From NCBI GenBank assembly GCA_046294915.1, contig JBKBOE010000001.1:1532-65531 (forward strand): a stretch of 64,000 nucleotides of DNA. The letters run 5' to 3'. Both the position numbers and the translations under genes were made by a program. Source of the DNA: Cyclobacteriaceae bacterium (GTDB taxonomy: Bacteria; Bacteroidota; Bacteroidia; Cytophagales; Cyclobacteriaceae). The notes below the pieces were generated by a model. The model had not been told where the DNA came from. It did no database searches and was given only the letters and a program-made list of their open reading frames with translations. Below are positions 27,894 through 36,922 of this stretch, one piece after another (the first letter of the stretch is position 1; each line of letters opens with the position of its first letter).

Positions 27894-29090
27894 ATGAATA
27901 CCCTTTCTGATCGTATCAATGCCATTGAAGAATCGGCTACCCTGGCCATGGCGGCCAAAGCGCGCGAATACAAAAGCCGCGGAATAGATGTTATCAACCT
28001 GAGTTTGGGCGAACCCGATTTTAAAACACCGCAGCACATCTGCGAAGCGGCCAAAATGGCCATTGATGAGGGAAAATATTTTGCATACCCTCCGGTAGCG
28101 GGGTATCAGGATTTTCGCGAAGCAATTGCTGCCAAATACCAGAAAGAAAACAACGTTCCCTATAAAGCCGAAAACATTATCGTCTCCAACGGTGCCAAGC
28201 AATCCATTGCCAATGCCATGCTGGCATTGCTTAATCCGGGCGATGAGGTGATCGTATTTTCGCCTTATTGGGTGAGCTACGATGCGCTCATCCGGCTGGC
28301 AGAAGCTACACCCATTATGGTAAAAGGCAGCCTGGAAAATGATTTTAAAGTAACGGCCGATCAGGTTGACAAGGCGATTACCAAAAAAACGCGGGCAATT
28401 ATTTTTTCTTCGCCCTGTAACCCTACAGGTTCCGTTTTCTCGCGCAGGGAAATTGAAGCCATTGCTGCTGTAGTGTTGAAGCACGAAAACCTGCTGGTTA
28501 TTGCCGATGAAATTTATGAGCACATCAATTTTACCGGTGATTCGGTAAGCATCGCTTCCCTTCCGGGAATGGTTGAACGCACCATCACGGTAAACGGCTT
28601 TGCCAAGGGTTACGCCATGACGGGCTGGCGCGTGGGGTATATCGGGGCACCCAAATGGATTGCCGATGGGTGTAATAAAATTCAGGGCCAGCTTACATCA
28701 GCCAATTGCTCCATTGCGCAGCGTGCCGCACTGGCGGCCATCACGGGCGACTTGGGGCCAACCCACAACATGGTTGAAGAATATCGCAACAGGAGAGAGA
28801 TTGTGCACAACCTGCTGAAGGAAATACCCGGAGTAAAAGCAAACTATCCGCAGGGAGCTTTTTATTTTTTCCCTGATGTGTCAGCCTATTTCGGTAAGTC
28901 GGATGGGAAGGTTACCATAACAAACGACTTCGACCTCTGCATGTATTTGCTGGACAAAGCCCACGTTTCGCTGGTGCCGGGCGGGGCGTTTGGCGATGAC
29001 CGTTGCATCAGGTTGTCGTATGCAGCTTCGGAAAAAGAGTTACGGGAGGCGCTAAAGCGGATGAAGGAGACGCTTCAAAAGCTTAAGTAA
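27894..29090 (+). CDS. aspC: PLP-dependent aminotransferase (aspartate/aromatic aminotransferase class I)
   Basis: 398 aa with NLSLGEPDF, PCNPTGSVF and NGFAKGYAMTGWRVGY (PLP lysine). Confidence 0.9.
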   Translation: MNTLSDRINAIEESATLAMAAKAREYKSRGIDVINLSLGEPDFKTPQHICEAAKMAIDEGKYFAYPPVAGYQDFREAIAAKYQKENNVPYKAENIIVSNGAKQSIANAMLALLNPGDEVIVFSPYWVSYDALIRLAEATPIMVKGSLENDFKVTADQVDKAITKKTRAIIFSSPCNPTGSVFSRREIEAIAAVVLKHENLLVIADEIYEHINFTGDSVSIASLPGMVERTITVNGFAKGYAMTGWRVGYIGAPKWIADGCNKIQGQLTSANCSIAQRAALAAITGDLGPTHNMVEEYRNRREIVHNLLKEIPGVKANYPQGAFYFFPDVSAYFGKSDGKVTITNDFDLCMYLLDKAHVSLVPGGAFGDDRCIRLSYAASEKELREALKRMKETLQKLK

Positions 29091-30071
29091 TCAGATCATT
29101 GTTTCTTTAAGCCTTTGTGTGTTCGCTTCTATTGAATTAAAGTATTTAATTCGTTCCTTCTCACCCGTAGGGCTAAGCATGACGGATCGTTGCTGCAGAT
29201 TGCTCATGTATCGTTCCGTATGCTGACAGAATGACTCCTGTGTAGTGGTGAGCAGGTTCATGGTATTGTGAGTTATAAAGGCCACTCGTTTGTCGCCCAT
29301 TCTGAATAATATGGTTGTGTCGGCCACAATCAATTCATTCTTGTAAAGGCTAAACGTACCATGTAATCCATCCTTGGTTCCACGAATAGCAAAGTCGTGG
29401 ATTTTCCGGATCATATCCAGGTATGAATCGCATATTTCCATGGCTTGCTTGCTGTTTGCGAATAAGCCACACTCGTGATAAAATTCAATTTGGCGCAGTG
29501 TTACAGAAAATGTTTCATGACTCCAAATTTCAGTACAAGGCAGGGCGAGGTATTTTTCCCAGATCCGCTTGCCCACTGCCAGCAACTCAGTTGGAATAAG
29601 TTCAGGAGTAAATTTCACATTAGCGAATCGTGCATCCTGCAGAATAGTCTTCATCCATACGAATAGTTTAAAAGCAGCCAGCATTGGATTGCAGAAGAAA
29701 TAAAAAACAGGGATATCGGGCGTTGAGTAAATCAGGTACTTTTCTTCAGGAAAACCGCTTAACATCTCCAGGTTTCCAAGAATGGACTTTAGCCACTGAT
29801 CAACAGTGAATGACTGCTGATCAACCACGCGGTGATGAAAAGAAACCATTTCGGCTTTTGGCGAGAGCAACGCATCCAGAGAAACACCATAATGGTTACA
29901 CACCAACTTCACTTCTTCCAGCGAAAGAACGGTTTCACCGCGTATCCTGCGGTAAGCACTATCGCGGCTGATATGGAGAATTTCTGCCAGTTCATCGGCA
30001 AACGACAAGTTGGGAGGGAGGCGTTTACGTACCTCTTCTAAAAAGGACGACTGAATATTATCCTGGGGCAT
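29091..30071 (-). CDS. HTH transcriptional regulator (BetR-like N-terminal HTH) with an uncharacterised C-terminal domain of about 250 aa
   Basis: 326 aa with FADELAEILHISRDSAYRRIRGETVLSLEEVKLVCNHYGVSLDALL. It is divergent from the TerB-like gene. Confidence 0.6.
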   Translation of the reverse strand: MPQDNIQSSFLEEVRKRLPPNLSFADELAEILHISRDSAYRRIRGETVLSLEEVKLVCNHYGVSLDALLSPKAEMVSFHHRVVDQQSFTVDQWLKSILGNLEMLSGFPEEKYLIYSTPDIPVFYFFCNPMLAAFKLFVWMKTILQDARFANVKFTPELIPTELLAVGKRIWEKYLALPCTEIWSHETFSVTLRQIEFYHECGLFANSKQAMEICDSYLDMIRKIHDFAIRGTKDGLHGTFSLYKNELIVADTTILFRMGDKRVAFITHNTMNLLTTTQESFCQHTERYMSNLQQRSVMLSPTGEKERIKYFNSIEANTQRLKETMI

Positions 30072-30277
30072 AGCTAAGGGTTACGTTTACTGGCAGTGCC
30101 TTAGAAAACGCAATTAAGTATAGGTCAAAATATTGGTTTTTGCAATAAATGCAACTGATTGTGCCAGGTCTAGGAGTATAGTTGATTTTTGCAAAAAACA
30201 GGGCACTGCATGTATAGTTAATGAAACAGCAGGGGTTACATCCGAGGCTACTTTTGACTAAGGAAAAAGATAACGCC

Positions 30278-30706
30278 ATGAACCCTACAAACCACTCGCT
30301 AAACTTTCAACTTGGACTGCTTCATTTTGCGCATTTATTGATGAGTGCTGACGGTAAGATTGATGAACAGGAAAAAGCAATGTTGGAGCATATTCGAAAT
30401 GAAGAGGAAATTCCTCACACGCTATACACCTACTTTTTGAACGTAGCGTCACGGCTATCCCAGCAGGAAAGCTACAGGGCAGGTATTGAACGACTTAATC
30501 AATGCGATGAGGAGGAGAAGCTGAGTGCTTTTGTGCATTTGTATTGCCTTGCCCAGGCTGATAACCGCATGGACATGAAAGAGGTGAGGTTTCTGCTGTA
30601 CTCGCTGAAACAGACGAGGATTGAATTTGAAGATGTGGTGCTGAGCGCAAGGCTCACCCGGAGTCGGGAAAAATCTCCATTGCGTATTCAAAGACGAGTA
30701 GCCTAA
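30278..30706 (+). CDS. TerB-like (tellurite-resistance TerB fold) protein
   Basis: About 142 aa with two half-repeats, LLHFAHLLMSADGKIDEQEKAMLEHI and AFVHLYCLAQADNRMDMKEVRFLLYSL. An alternative start lies at 30221. Confidence 0.55.
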   Translation: MNPTNHSLNFQLGLLHFAHLLMSADGKIDEQEKAMLEHIRNEEEIPHTLYTYFLNVASRLSQQESYRAGIERLNQCDEEEKLSAFVHLYCLAQADNRMDMKEVRFLLYSLKQTRIEFEDVVLSARLTRSREKSPLRIQRRVA

Positions 30707-30718
30707 ATCATACGAAAA

Positions 30719-30796
30719 ATGAAAACCAGATTGGCATTTATAATTCTGATAGCGATTGTTTCACTCACTGCGCTGATTAAAGAGCTATTTATTTAG
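30719..30796 (+). CDS. possible 25-aa hydrophobic micro-protein
   Basis: MKTRLAFIILIAIVSLTALIKELFI forms one TM segment. It lies 12 nt after the TerB-like stop and 38 nt before the next ATG. It is too short for compositional support. Confidence 0.25.
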   Translation: MKTRLAFIILIAIVSLTALIKELFI

Positions 30797-30834
30797 CGGT
30801 GCTGGTAGTTAAAATAAACCTTAACTCTTACCCG

Positions 30835-31569
30835 ATGAAGACAACCTGCTTTTTGGTGGCATGCCTGGCCATTGCTTCATGTTCACCGGTATTCTATTCC
30901 AATGTCGGCCAAAATGTTCCGCTTTTCCGTAAAAAAGGAGAAGTGTTTCTGGCGGGCGGTACATCTAAAACGTATAACAAGGATGACGTTAATGTTATAG
31001 ATGGGCTCAATTTAATGGCCGCTGCTGCTATTGATAGCAACAAGGCGGTTTTGTTTAGCTTTTATTCTCTGAAAGATGATGACCTATATGATTGGAACGG
31101 AAAGGGAAATTACATTGAACTTGGCTATGGTTTATTCGAGCGCGGCAAGACATCAAAACTTAACGGAGAAGTTTTTGTTGGTCTGGGCTATGGAACAATA
31201 AATAACACCGGTCTTGACGGTACGTACATCAATCTAAGATTTCTAAAGCCTTTCATCCAGCCCTCCGGGGGTTTTTCAACCGGGGTATTGGATTTCGCCT
31301 TTACTCCCCGAATTGGTCTGGTTCAATATATTTCAAATAACTCCAGTATTGAACTAAGCAATGATTTCTATTCTAAGAAAAAATCAACTTTCGTCTTTGA
31401 ACCGGGGGTTACCATTCGTCTGGGTTATCGCTATTTGAAACTGCAGTATCAATTTTCCTATTCAACATTTAACTATTCCATGAATGATGCGAACCCAGTT
31501 TATAGTCAATATGAATCGCTCTCATTGATTCTTATGATTTCTAATCGATGGAATAAATCTTTTCGGTAA
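30835..31569 (+). CDS. lipoprotein, probable small outer-membrane beta-barrel
   Basis: Lipobox LVACLAIASCS, an alternating aromatic/Gly beta-strand pattern, and an aromatic residue near the C-terminus (...NRWNKSFR). Confidence 0.55.
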   Translation: MKTTCFLVACLAIASCSPVFYSNVGQNVPLFRKKGEVFLAGGTSKTYNKDDVNVIDGLNLMAAAAIDSNKAVLFSFYSLKDDDLYDWNGKGNYIELGYGLFERGKTSKLNGEVFVGLGYGTINNTGLDGTYINLRFLKPFIQPSGGFSTGVLDFAFTPRIGLVQYISNNSSIELSNDFYSKKKSTFVFEPGVTIRLGYRYLKLQYQFSYSTFNYSMNDANPVYSQYESLSLILMISNRWNKSFR

Positions 31570-32717
31570 TGGAAGGAAACTCGATTTCAATTGTCGAATA
31601 CCTCTCCGTTTTCACAACGTTTGTTTACGGTTATGTGTGTACCCGTTTCTTCTCCGGTTGGAGTGCAATGATCAATTTTAGGCGTTCTATCCGGTTCAGC
31701 AAGGAACATTTATTCTGGACCTTATTGGCTTTTGGACTATTGATTGACGTGTGGTGGGGGTCTTGGAATAAGATAATTAATGTACACAAACATGTTGTAC
31801 TTTATTACTATTCCCTGGTATCCCCAATCGTTTTCTACATTATTTCTGTTATTCTTTTCCCTCCCCTGAGTGATGAAAAATTTCTTGATTTAAAAGCGTA
31901 CTTCCACCGCATTGAGAAAAGGAATTACCTGGCATTTACCGGATTGTTTATTTCTTTTCTTTTTGATTCTATTTTTTTCTCGGACATTCCACAGGAAGAT
32001 ATTTATTATAATCTCGGGGCTATTGCTTTAGCGGTTGGTGGATATTTTTCAACATCCATAATCGTTCATCGGTTAATACTTGCAGCAGGGTGGGTCATGC
32101 TGATTACACACATTGGATTTATTCCACCGATGGATATGGAAAAGAGTGTCATACGCGACTTTTCAATTACCGAGTACCTAACTGTCTTCATTGCATTTAT
32201 CTATGGATTTATTGCTTCCCGGTTTTTCAGTGGTTGGGGCGCAATGATTATGCGATTTGACAGAATTACTTTCAGTAAGGAGCATCTGGCCTGGACTTTC
32301 CTCGCTTTTGTGTTGCTGATTGACATGTGGACAGGTTCCTGGCTTAGAGAAAGCTACATTAGTACGAATATCACCTACTTTATTCTTTCGCTGGCACTAC
32401 CCCTAACCTTTTATGTGTTGGGTACACTCATGTTTCCGGTAATCCGGAATGGGGAAAATTCAGACTTGCACATATTTTATCTGACGCATAAAAAAATAAT
32501 CTTTCTGTTCTTTGGAATCGTTCTTCTGGTAAATGGAATTACTGCCCTTAGCATGGAGCAGGAGTTGCTTCATATTGAAAACCTGTTCAGGCTGATAGCC
32601 ATCATCCTTTCCTTCTCAGCCGTTACAACAAAGCAGGTGTTTGTGGAGCGGGCAATTTTGGTAATCAGCTCGTCTGTCATGATTTTACATGTTATGGTTC
32701 AACCTTATATTGAGTAA
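31569..32717 (+). CDS. polytopic membrane protein built from two tandem homologous halves
   Basis: 382 aa. The halves (aa 1 to about 190 and about 190 to 382) share EYL(S/T)VF..F(V/I)YG...(T/S)RFFSGW(S/G)AMI...FSKEHL.WT.LAF.LLID.W.GSW. The start ATG overlaps the upstream stop (TAATG). Confidence 0.6.
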   Translation: MEGNSISIVEYLSVFTTFVYGYVCTRFFSGWSAMINFRRSIRFSKEHLFWTLLAFGLLIDVWWGSWNKIINVHKHVVLYYYSLVSPIVFYIISVILFPPLSDEKFLDLKAYFHRIEKRNYLAFTGLFISFLFDSIFFSDIPQEDIYYNLGAIALAVGGYFSTSIIVHRLILAAGWVMLITHIGFIPPMDMEKSVIRDFSITEYLTVFIAFIYGFIASRFFSGWGAMIMRFDRITFSKEHLAWTFLAFVLLIDMWTGSWLRESYISTNITYFILSLALPLTFYVLGTLMFPVIRNGENSDLHIFYLTHKKIIFLFFGIVLLVNGITALSMEQELLHIENLFRLIAIILSFSAVTTKQVFVERAILVISSSVMILHVMVQPYIE

Positions 32718-32727
32718 ACTAACTGGT

Positions 32728-33225
32728 ATGAAAGCAAGATTTCTTATTACAATTCTTTTTTCAGTCTGCATGATAAGGCAGGCGGAAGCCCAGACGGATA
32801 GCGTTGGTTATTACGCCTTGTACCTTAAAAAAAGAAATGGTGGAACTGAAAAATGGGTGGACCCCGGTGATAAGATCAGGGTAATGACCTTCCAACAAAA
32901 AGAATTTAGCGCCTGGAACAACGTAAAGTCCATTTCACAACAGGAAATACTATTTGATAATGGGGAAAATATTAGGCTTGACGATCTGTCTAAAGTTATA
33001 AAGAAAAATGGGACAGGAGCCTCAATAGTTGGAGCAGCTATATTGGGCGTTGGAATTGGCGCATTGGTAAGCCTGGGTAGCGGAACGCAAAGTTTTGATC
33101 TATATGAAGAACTTGCATTGACTTCCGTTGTATTAACAACAGCCAGCATTGCTATCCTGACGCCACCTGTTTTTAGAAAAAAGAAGAAGGACAAGATTCA
33201 AATTGAACGACTGTATAGACATTGA
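32728..33225 (+). CDS. small secreted/anchored protein with a glycine-zipper segment
   Basis: Signal peptide MKARFLITILFSVCMIRQAEA, a soluble domain of about 90 aa, GASIVGAAILGVGIGALVSLGSG, a second hydrophobic segment and a KKKKDK tail. Confidence 0.5.
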   Translation: MKARFLITILFSVCMIRQAEAQTDSVGYYALYLKKRNGGTEKWVDPGDKIRVMTFQQKEFSAWNNVKSISQQEILFDNGENIRLDDLSKVIKKNGTGASIVGAAILGVGIGALVSLGSGTQSFDLYEELALTSVVLTTASIAILTPPVFRKKKKDKIQIERLYRH

Positions 33226-33292
33226 ACCTGATTACTGATTCCTGAAGTGCCAGAGTAAAAAATCAAGTAATACAGGGTAGTAAGGCGCTTGA

Positions 33293-33961
33293 TCACCCCA
33301 GCACCTCTTTCAACACCTGCACCGATTTAAATTCGCCCAGTGAATCAATGTGGATTTTGTAAAACCGGAGCAGCCAGTCTAAAATTTCCCTGCGCTGCAT
33401 GAGGTTCAACTCTAAGTGTTCCTGATAATCACAGTTTACCAACCTGCCCATTAAGGAGAGGATGGTTTCATCGGCAATTCTTCCACCCGTAATATCAGTT
33501 GCGGAAAATACCCCGAAGCCGAGCAGGCGGCTGAGCTTCACCAAAAATATCAGGTGAAAATTTTCAAAACCTGACCGCATTTTATCCAATATAATCATGG
33601 AACCGCTCAGAAAATCAAACAGTTCTTTGGCATGACTCTCATCCTTTACGGTTTTGTTTACAAGCTCATTTAAAAACATGGCAATCCCCGATTTTTTGAT
33701 ATCCGTTGGGATGGTTTGATAGGGGTACAAACATTTTACTTCTTTCAGTCGCAAAATGTTGGCGTGTTCTTTATGATAGGCTATAAGGTCTAGTAGAGTG
33801 AGGGGCTGATACAGGGCCATCTTGCCTCTTGCCGAAGCGCTGCGAACTCCATTAACGATATAGGATTGCAATCCGAAGTGCTCGGTAAAAATCGTTACAA
33901 CGATAGAGGTTTCCCTGAACCGGATGAAGCGAAATACAATGCCTCGTGTTTTCTGCAGCAC
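33293..33961 (-). CDS. recO: DNA repair protein RecO
   Basis: 222 aa with MLQKTRGIVFRFIRFRETSIVVTIFTEHFGLQSYIVNGVRS, an OB-fold N-terminus typical of RecO. Confidence 0.88.
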   Translation of the reverse strand: MLQKTRGIVFRFIRFRETSIVVTIFTEHFGLQSYIVNGVRSASARGKMALYQPLTLLDLIAYHKEHANILRLKEVKCLYPYQTIPTDIKKSGIAMFLNELVNKTVKDESHAKELFDFLSGSMIILDKMRSGFENFHLIFLVKLSRLLGFGVFSATDITGGRIADETILSLMGRLVNCDYQEHLELNLMQRREILDWLLRFYKIHIDSLGEFKSVQVLKEVLG

Positions 33962-33967
33962 GGTAAT

Positions 33968-36184
33968 TCAGTTAATCACGGCTATTTTTCCAATCATGCT
34001 CTCACTCCCATCCTGCGAAATCGCAATGATCAGGTAAATTCCGGTTGCCGCTCTTCGGCCCGAAACATCCTGCACATTCCAGGTGGCTGTGCTGCCGTTG
34101 GCTTGTGTCTGCCACACCAGCCTCCCCGAAACATCGGTGATTTTTATTGTTGCATCGGTGGCCAGTCCGGTAATCCCTACGGTGCCGGTAAAACCTGCCG
34201 TTACCGGATTTGGAAATATTTTAATCTTCGAAAACGATGGTGCGCCTGCCGTGGCATCAGCACGATACGAAACAATGCCGGCATCGGTACCAAAAAAAAC
34301 TTCACCGGTTGCCGGATGTATTTCAATGGCATGGATTTTATCGGAAAGCAACGAACTGTTTGATGCATTGAATTGCAGAAGCTGGGTTTCGCCAAACGGA
34401 TCAAACAGCCAAACGCCCCGCTCCGTACCAATCCATTTGCGGTTTCCGCCATCAACCGCGATGGCCGTGGTTTTTTCATCGCGAAGCAACACCCTGCCGT
34501 TTACAATGGGTTTTACCGAATTGATGTTTCCACTGAACACCCGCGAAGGATCAGGAAAATACGCAACACCGGCATTGGTGCCCACCCAAACAGCGCCATT
34601 TCCATCATTTGCCAGCGAATAAACGTTTCGACCGGGCAAAGCGCCTGAACCGGAGGCCTCCGTTAAATACACATGTTGATTGGTTGACTTGTTGAAAACA
34701 AGAATACCTCCGCCTTGCGATGGATTGAGCATCATCCATACCTGGCCTATTTTATCCACCAATAGATTTACCGGGTATTGTGATGCGGTTACCGGAAATG
34801 AAAACGACTGCCAGGTATTATCGGGTTTGAACAAGTGTAGCGGCTGAGTTGAATTATAATTGGCAATCCACAACCCTTCAGCTGAGGAAACTATGGCTGA
34901 AACCCAGCTGCCGGTTAACGGACTGTTGCCGCTGTTAAATACGGTAAGGGTATTGTCGTGCACCTGCAGGCCGTGCGTAAAAGACGAAACAAATGTTTTG
35001 CCTCCGGAGAAATCAATGCCGGTAACATCCTGTTGAAAATATTCAGGCATCGTATTCCAACTGCCCAAACTGAAGTAGTTTACGTATTCAGTTTTTCCGG
35101 CTGGTGTAAAATCGGTTTTAAAGCCTCCCGCCATGGCGTAAACCGTACCGGAAAAGTACTTTAGCCTGAAGCTTCCGGAGAAAGTAGGGCCATTAGGATT
35201 GAAGGACTGAAATGTTCCGCTGATGTTCGATAGAAGTCCGTTTCGTCCATCGCCAATACACAGTATTCCGTTGTTGCCTTCAGCGGTAATTTGAGGCCTT
35301 TGAATCAATGGACTGGTTACTGATGAAAGTGCGCCTGCACTGCTCATTGTCCAAACCTGTGTTGATGTGGTGATCAGTAAATCCGTAAAGGCTGCCAGGC
35401 TGGTAAAAGTTTCGCCTTCTAAAAAGTTTTCTTTTGTCCAGGTGCCGGTACCATAGTTGAAGATTCCGTTTCCGTTAATGGCAGCATAGACTTTGTTATT
35501 GAAGAAGGTAATAAATTGAACGGGGCCATTGAAATGACCTTGATTAAAACGTTTCCAGTTGTTAAAGTCCAGGAGGTTATCAGTAAGTTTACCGGCTATA
35601 ACACCATTTTCGGTAGCCAGAAAGATACTGTCGCCCGTTACCGTGCATTGAAAGATTTTTAATGCCGAGCCGTTAACGCCAAGGTCGCGCCAGGTTTCTT
35701 TTACTTCCAGCCGCGCCAGGTCAAAAACCACAACACCAAAGTCGGCTGCAAGGTAGGCGTAAGACTGGTGAACTTTAATGTGGTTAATGCGTTTTGAGCC
35801 GGTAATGGTGGGCGAGTTTTTCAGGGCACTGAAATTTTTAATACCATTTCCTTTAATAATATCCAGATTACCGTCTGCGTAACTTACCAGCAATTGATTC
35901 TGTACCGGATCGAAAGACAGCCACGTAATGCCGGTACCACTAAGGCCGCTGAGTTTGTTTACAGAAGACTGTGTGCCATCGGCAAGCTCCATCAGAATTA
36001 TTCCGTTTTGTGAGGCCGCGTAAATTGTAGACGGGCTTAGCGTAATGGAATGAATGGAATTGTAAGAAAGGTGTGCCCGCCACGTGCCGAGCGGAATTTC
36101 CTGTGCCAGCATCCTGCCGTGAAGCAGCAACAATCCTGTAAGCAGCAGGAGTGAGCAATTTATACGGTTAATCCGTTGATTCAT
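33968..36184 (-). CDS. beta-propeller (two-component-regulator propeller repeats) protein with a T9SS C-terminal sorting domain, PorZ-like
   Basis: 738 aa with a signal peptide, many Reg_prop-like repeats (WIGT..G...F) and a C-terminal KIFPNPV...TIKITDVSGRLVW...GIYLIIA CTD. The PorZ assignment is by architecture only. Confidence 0.7.
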   Translation of the reverse strand: MNQRINRINCSLLLLTGLLLLHGRMLAQEIPLGTWRAHLSYNSIHSITLSPSTIYAASQNGIILMELADGTQSSVNKLSGLSGTGITWLSFDPVQNQLLVSYADGNLDIIKGNGIKNFSALKNSPTITGSKRINHIKVHQSYAYLAADFGVVVFDLARLEVKETWRDLGVNGSALKIFQCTVTGDSIFLATENGVIAGKLTDNLLDFNNWKRFNQGHFNGPVQFITFFNNKVYAAINGNGIFNYGTGTWTKENFLEGETFTSLAAFTDLLITTSTQVWTMSSAGALSSVTSPLIQRPQITAEGNNGILCIGDGRNGLLSNISGTFQSFNPNGPTFSGSFRLKYFSGTVYAMAGGFKTDFTPAGKTEYVNYFSLGSWNTMPEYFQQDVTGIDFSGGKTFVSSFTHGLQVHDNTLTVFNSGNSPLTGSWVSAIVSSAEGLWIANYNSTQPLHLFKPDNTWQSFSFPVTASQYPVNLLVDKIGQVWMMLNPSQGGGILVFNKSTNQHVYLTEASGSGALPGRNVYSLANDGNGAVWVGTNAGVAYFPDPSRVFSGNINSVKPIVNGRVLLRDEKTTAIAVDGGNRKWIGTERGVWLFDPFGETQLLQFNASNSSLLSDKIHAIEIHPATGEVFFGTDAGIVSYRADATAGAPSFSKIKIFPNPVTAGFTGTVGITGLATDATIKITDVSGRLVWQTQANGSTATWNVQDVSGRRAATGIYLIIAISQDGSESMIGKIAVIN

Positions 36185-36767
36185 TTTTTCTTTTTCTCAT
36201 CCCCTCCACGAAGCTGTGGCGGCTTCGTGCTTCATACTGGGCACGTTCGCCAAGCAAAACCTGCTGGTTATCATCCGTTAGCCGGTAAGAGAACGAAGCA
36301 AGTTCACCGGTTTGTGCGCAAATGGCATGTACTTTTGTAACAAACTCAGCCACGGCAAGCAGGTTAGGCATGGGGCCGAAGGGTTTGCCTTCAAAGTCCA
36401 TATCCAGGCCGGCTACGATAACCCGTTTGCCGCTGTTGGCCAGGGTATTGCACACGTCCACAATAGCTTCATCAAAAAACTGGGCCTCATCTATGCCCAC
36501 CACATCGCAATTACCGGCCAGTAAAATAATGTCGGAAGCAAAATTTACGGGAGTAGAGCGGATGGCGCGTTCATTATGCGATACGATGTTCTGCTCATGG
36601 TAGCGTTTATCGGTTACGGGCTTAAAGATCTCAACATTTTGCCGGGCAATGAGTGCGCGGTTAAGTCTGCGGATCAGTTCTTCCGTTTTTCCTGAAAACA
36701 TGCAGCCGCAAATCACTTCGATCCACCCGGCCCTGTCGGTTTTGCGGAATTGCGGCTCAACGAACAT
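36168..36767 (-). CDS. tdk: thymidine kinase
   Basis: The P-loop GCMFSGKTEELIRR and the C-terminal zinc-ribbon region (C..C) are present. The start was moved to MFVEPQF. The 3' end overlaps the PorZ-like start by 17 nt. Confidence 0.92.
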   Translation of the reverse strand: MFVEPQFRKTDRAGWIEVICGCMFSGKTEELIRRLNRALIARQNVEIFKPVTDKRYHEQNIVSHNERAIRSTPVNFASDIILLAGNCDVVGIDEAQFFDEAIVDVCNTLANSGKRVIVAGLDMDFEGKPFGPMPNLLAVAEFVTKVHAICAQTGELASFSYRLTDDNQQVLLGERAQYEARSRHSFVEGMRKRKNESTD

Positions 36768-36882
36768 GGCGCAATTTAGTGAGTACTGCCGATAGTTTAT
36801 ACCAGCCGGCAGCTTTGGCAGGCTACCGCAGAAGTTCACTCAAATCTTGCCATATTGCATGGAAGTGATGTACCTGCTTTGC

Positions 36883-36890
36883 TAATTTTG
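36883..36890 (+). promoter_or_regulatory. putative -7 promoter box (TAATTTTG)
   Basis: Matches TAnnTTTG and lies 32 nt upstream of the ATG at 36923. Confidence 0.4.
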
Positions 36891-36922
36891 ACGTTAAACC
36901 CCATGTAACCTGGTTCATACTT

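Noticed and set aside
27885-28523. 212-aa minus-strand ORF.
   Set aside because: It is antisense to the aspartate aminotransferase gene and is an artefact of the codon bias of the sense frame.
33866-34648. Plus-strand ORFs of 165, 179 and 91 aa.
   Set aside because: They are antisense to the PorZ-like propeller gene. The repetitive Gly/Asn-rich sense frame generates long antisense ORFs.
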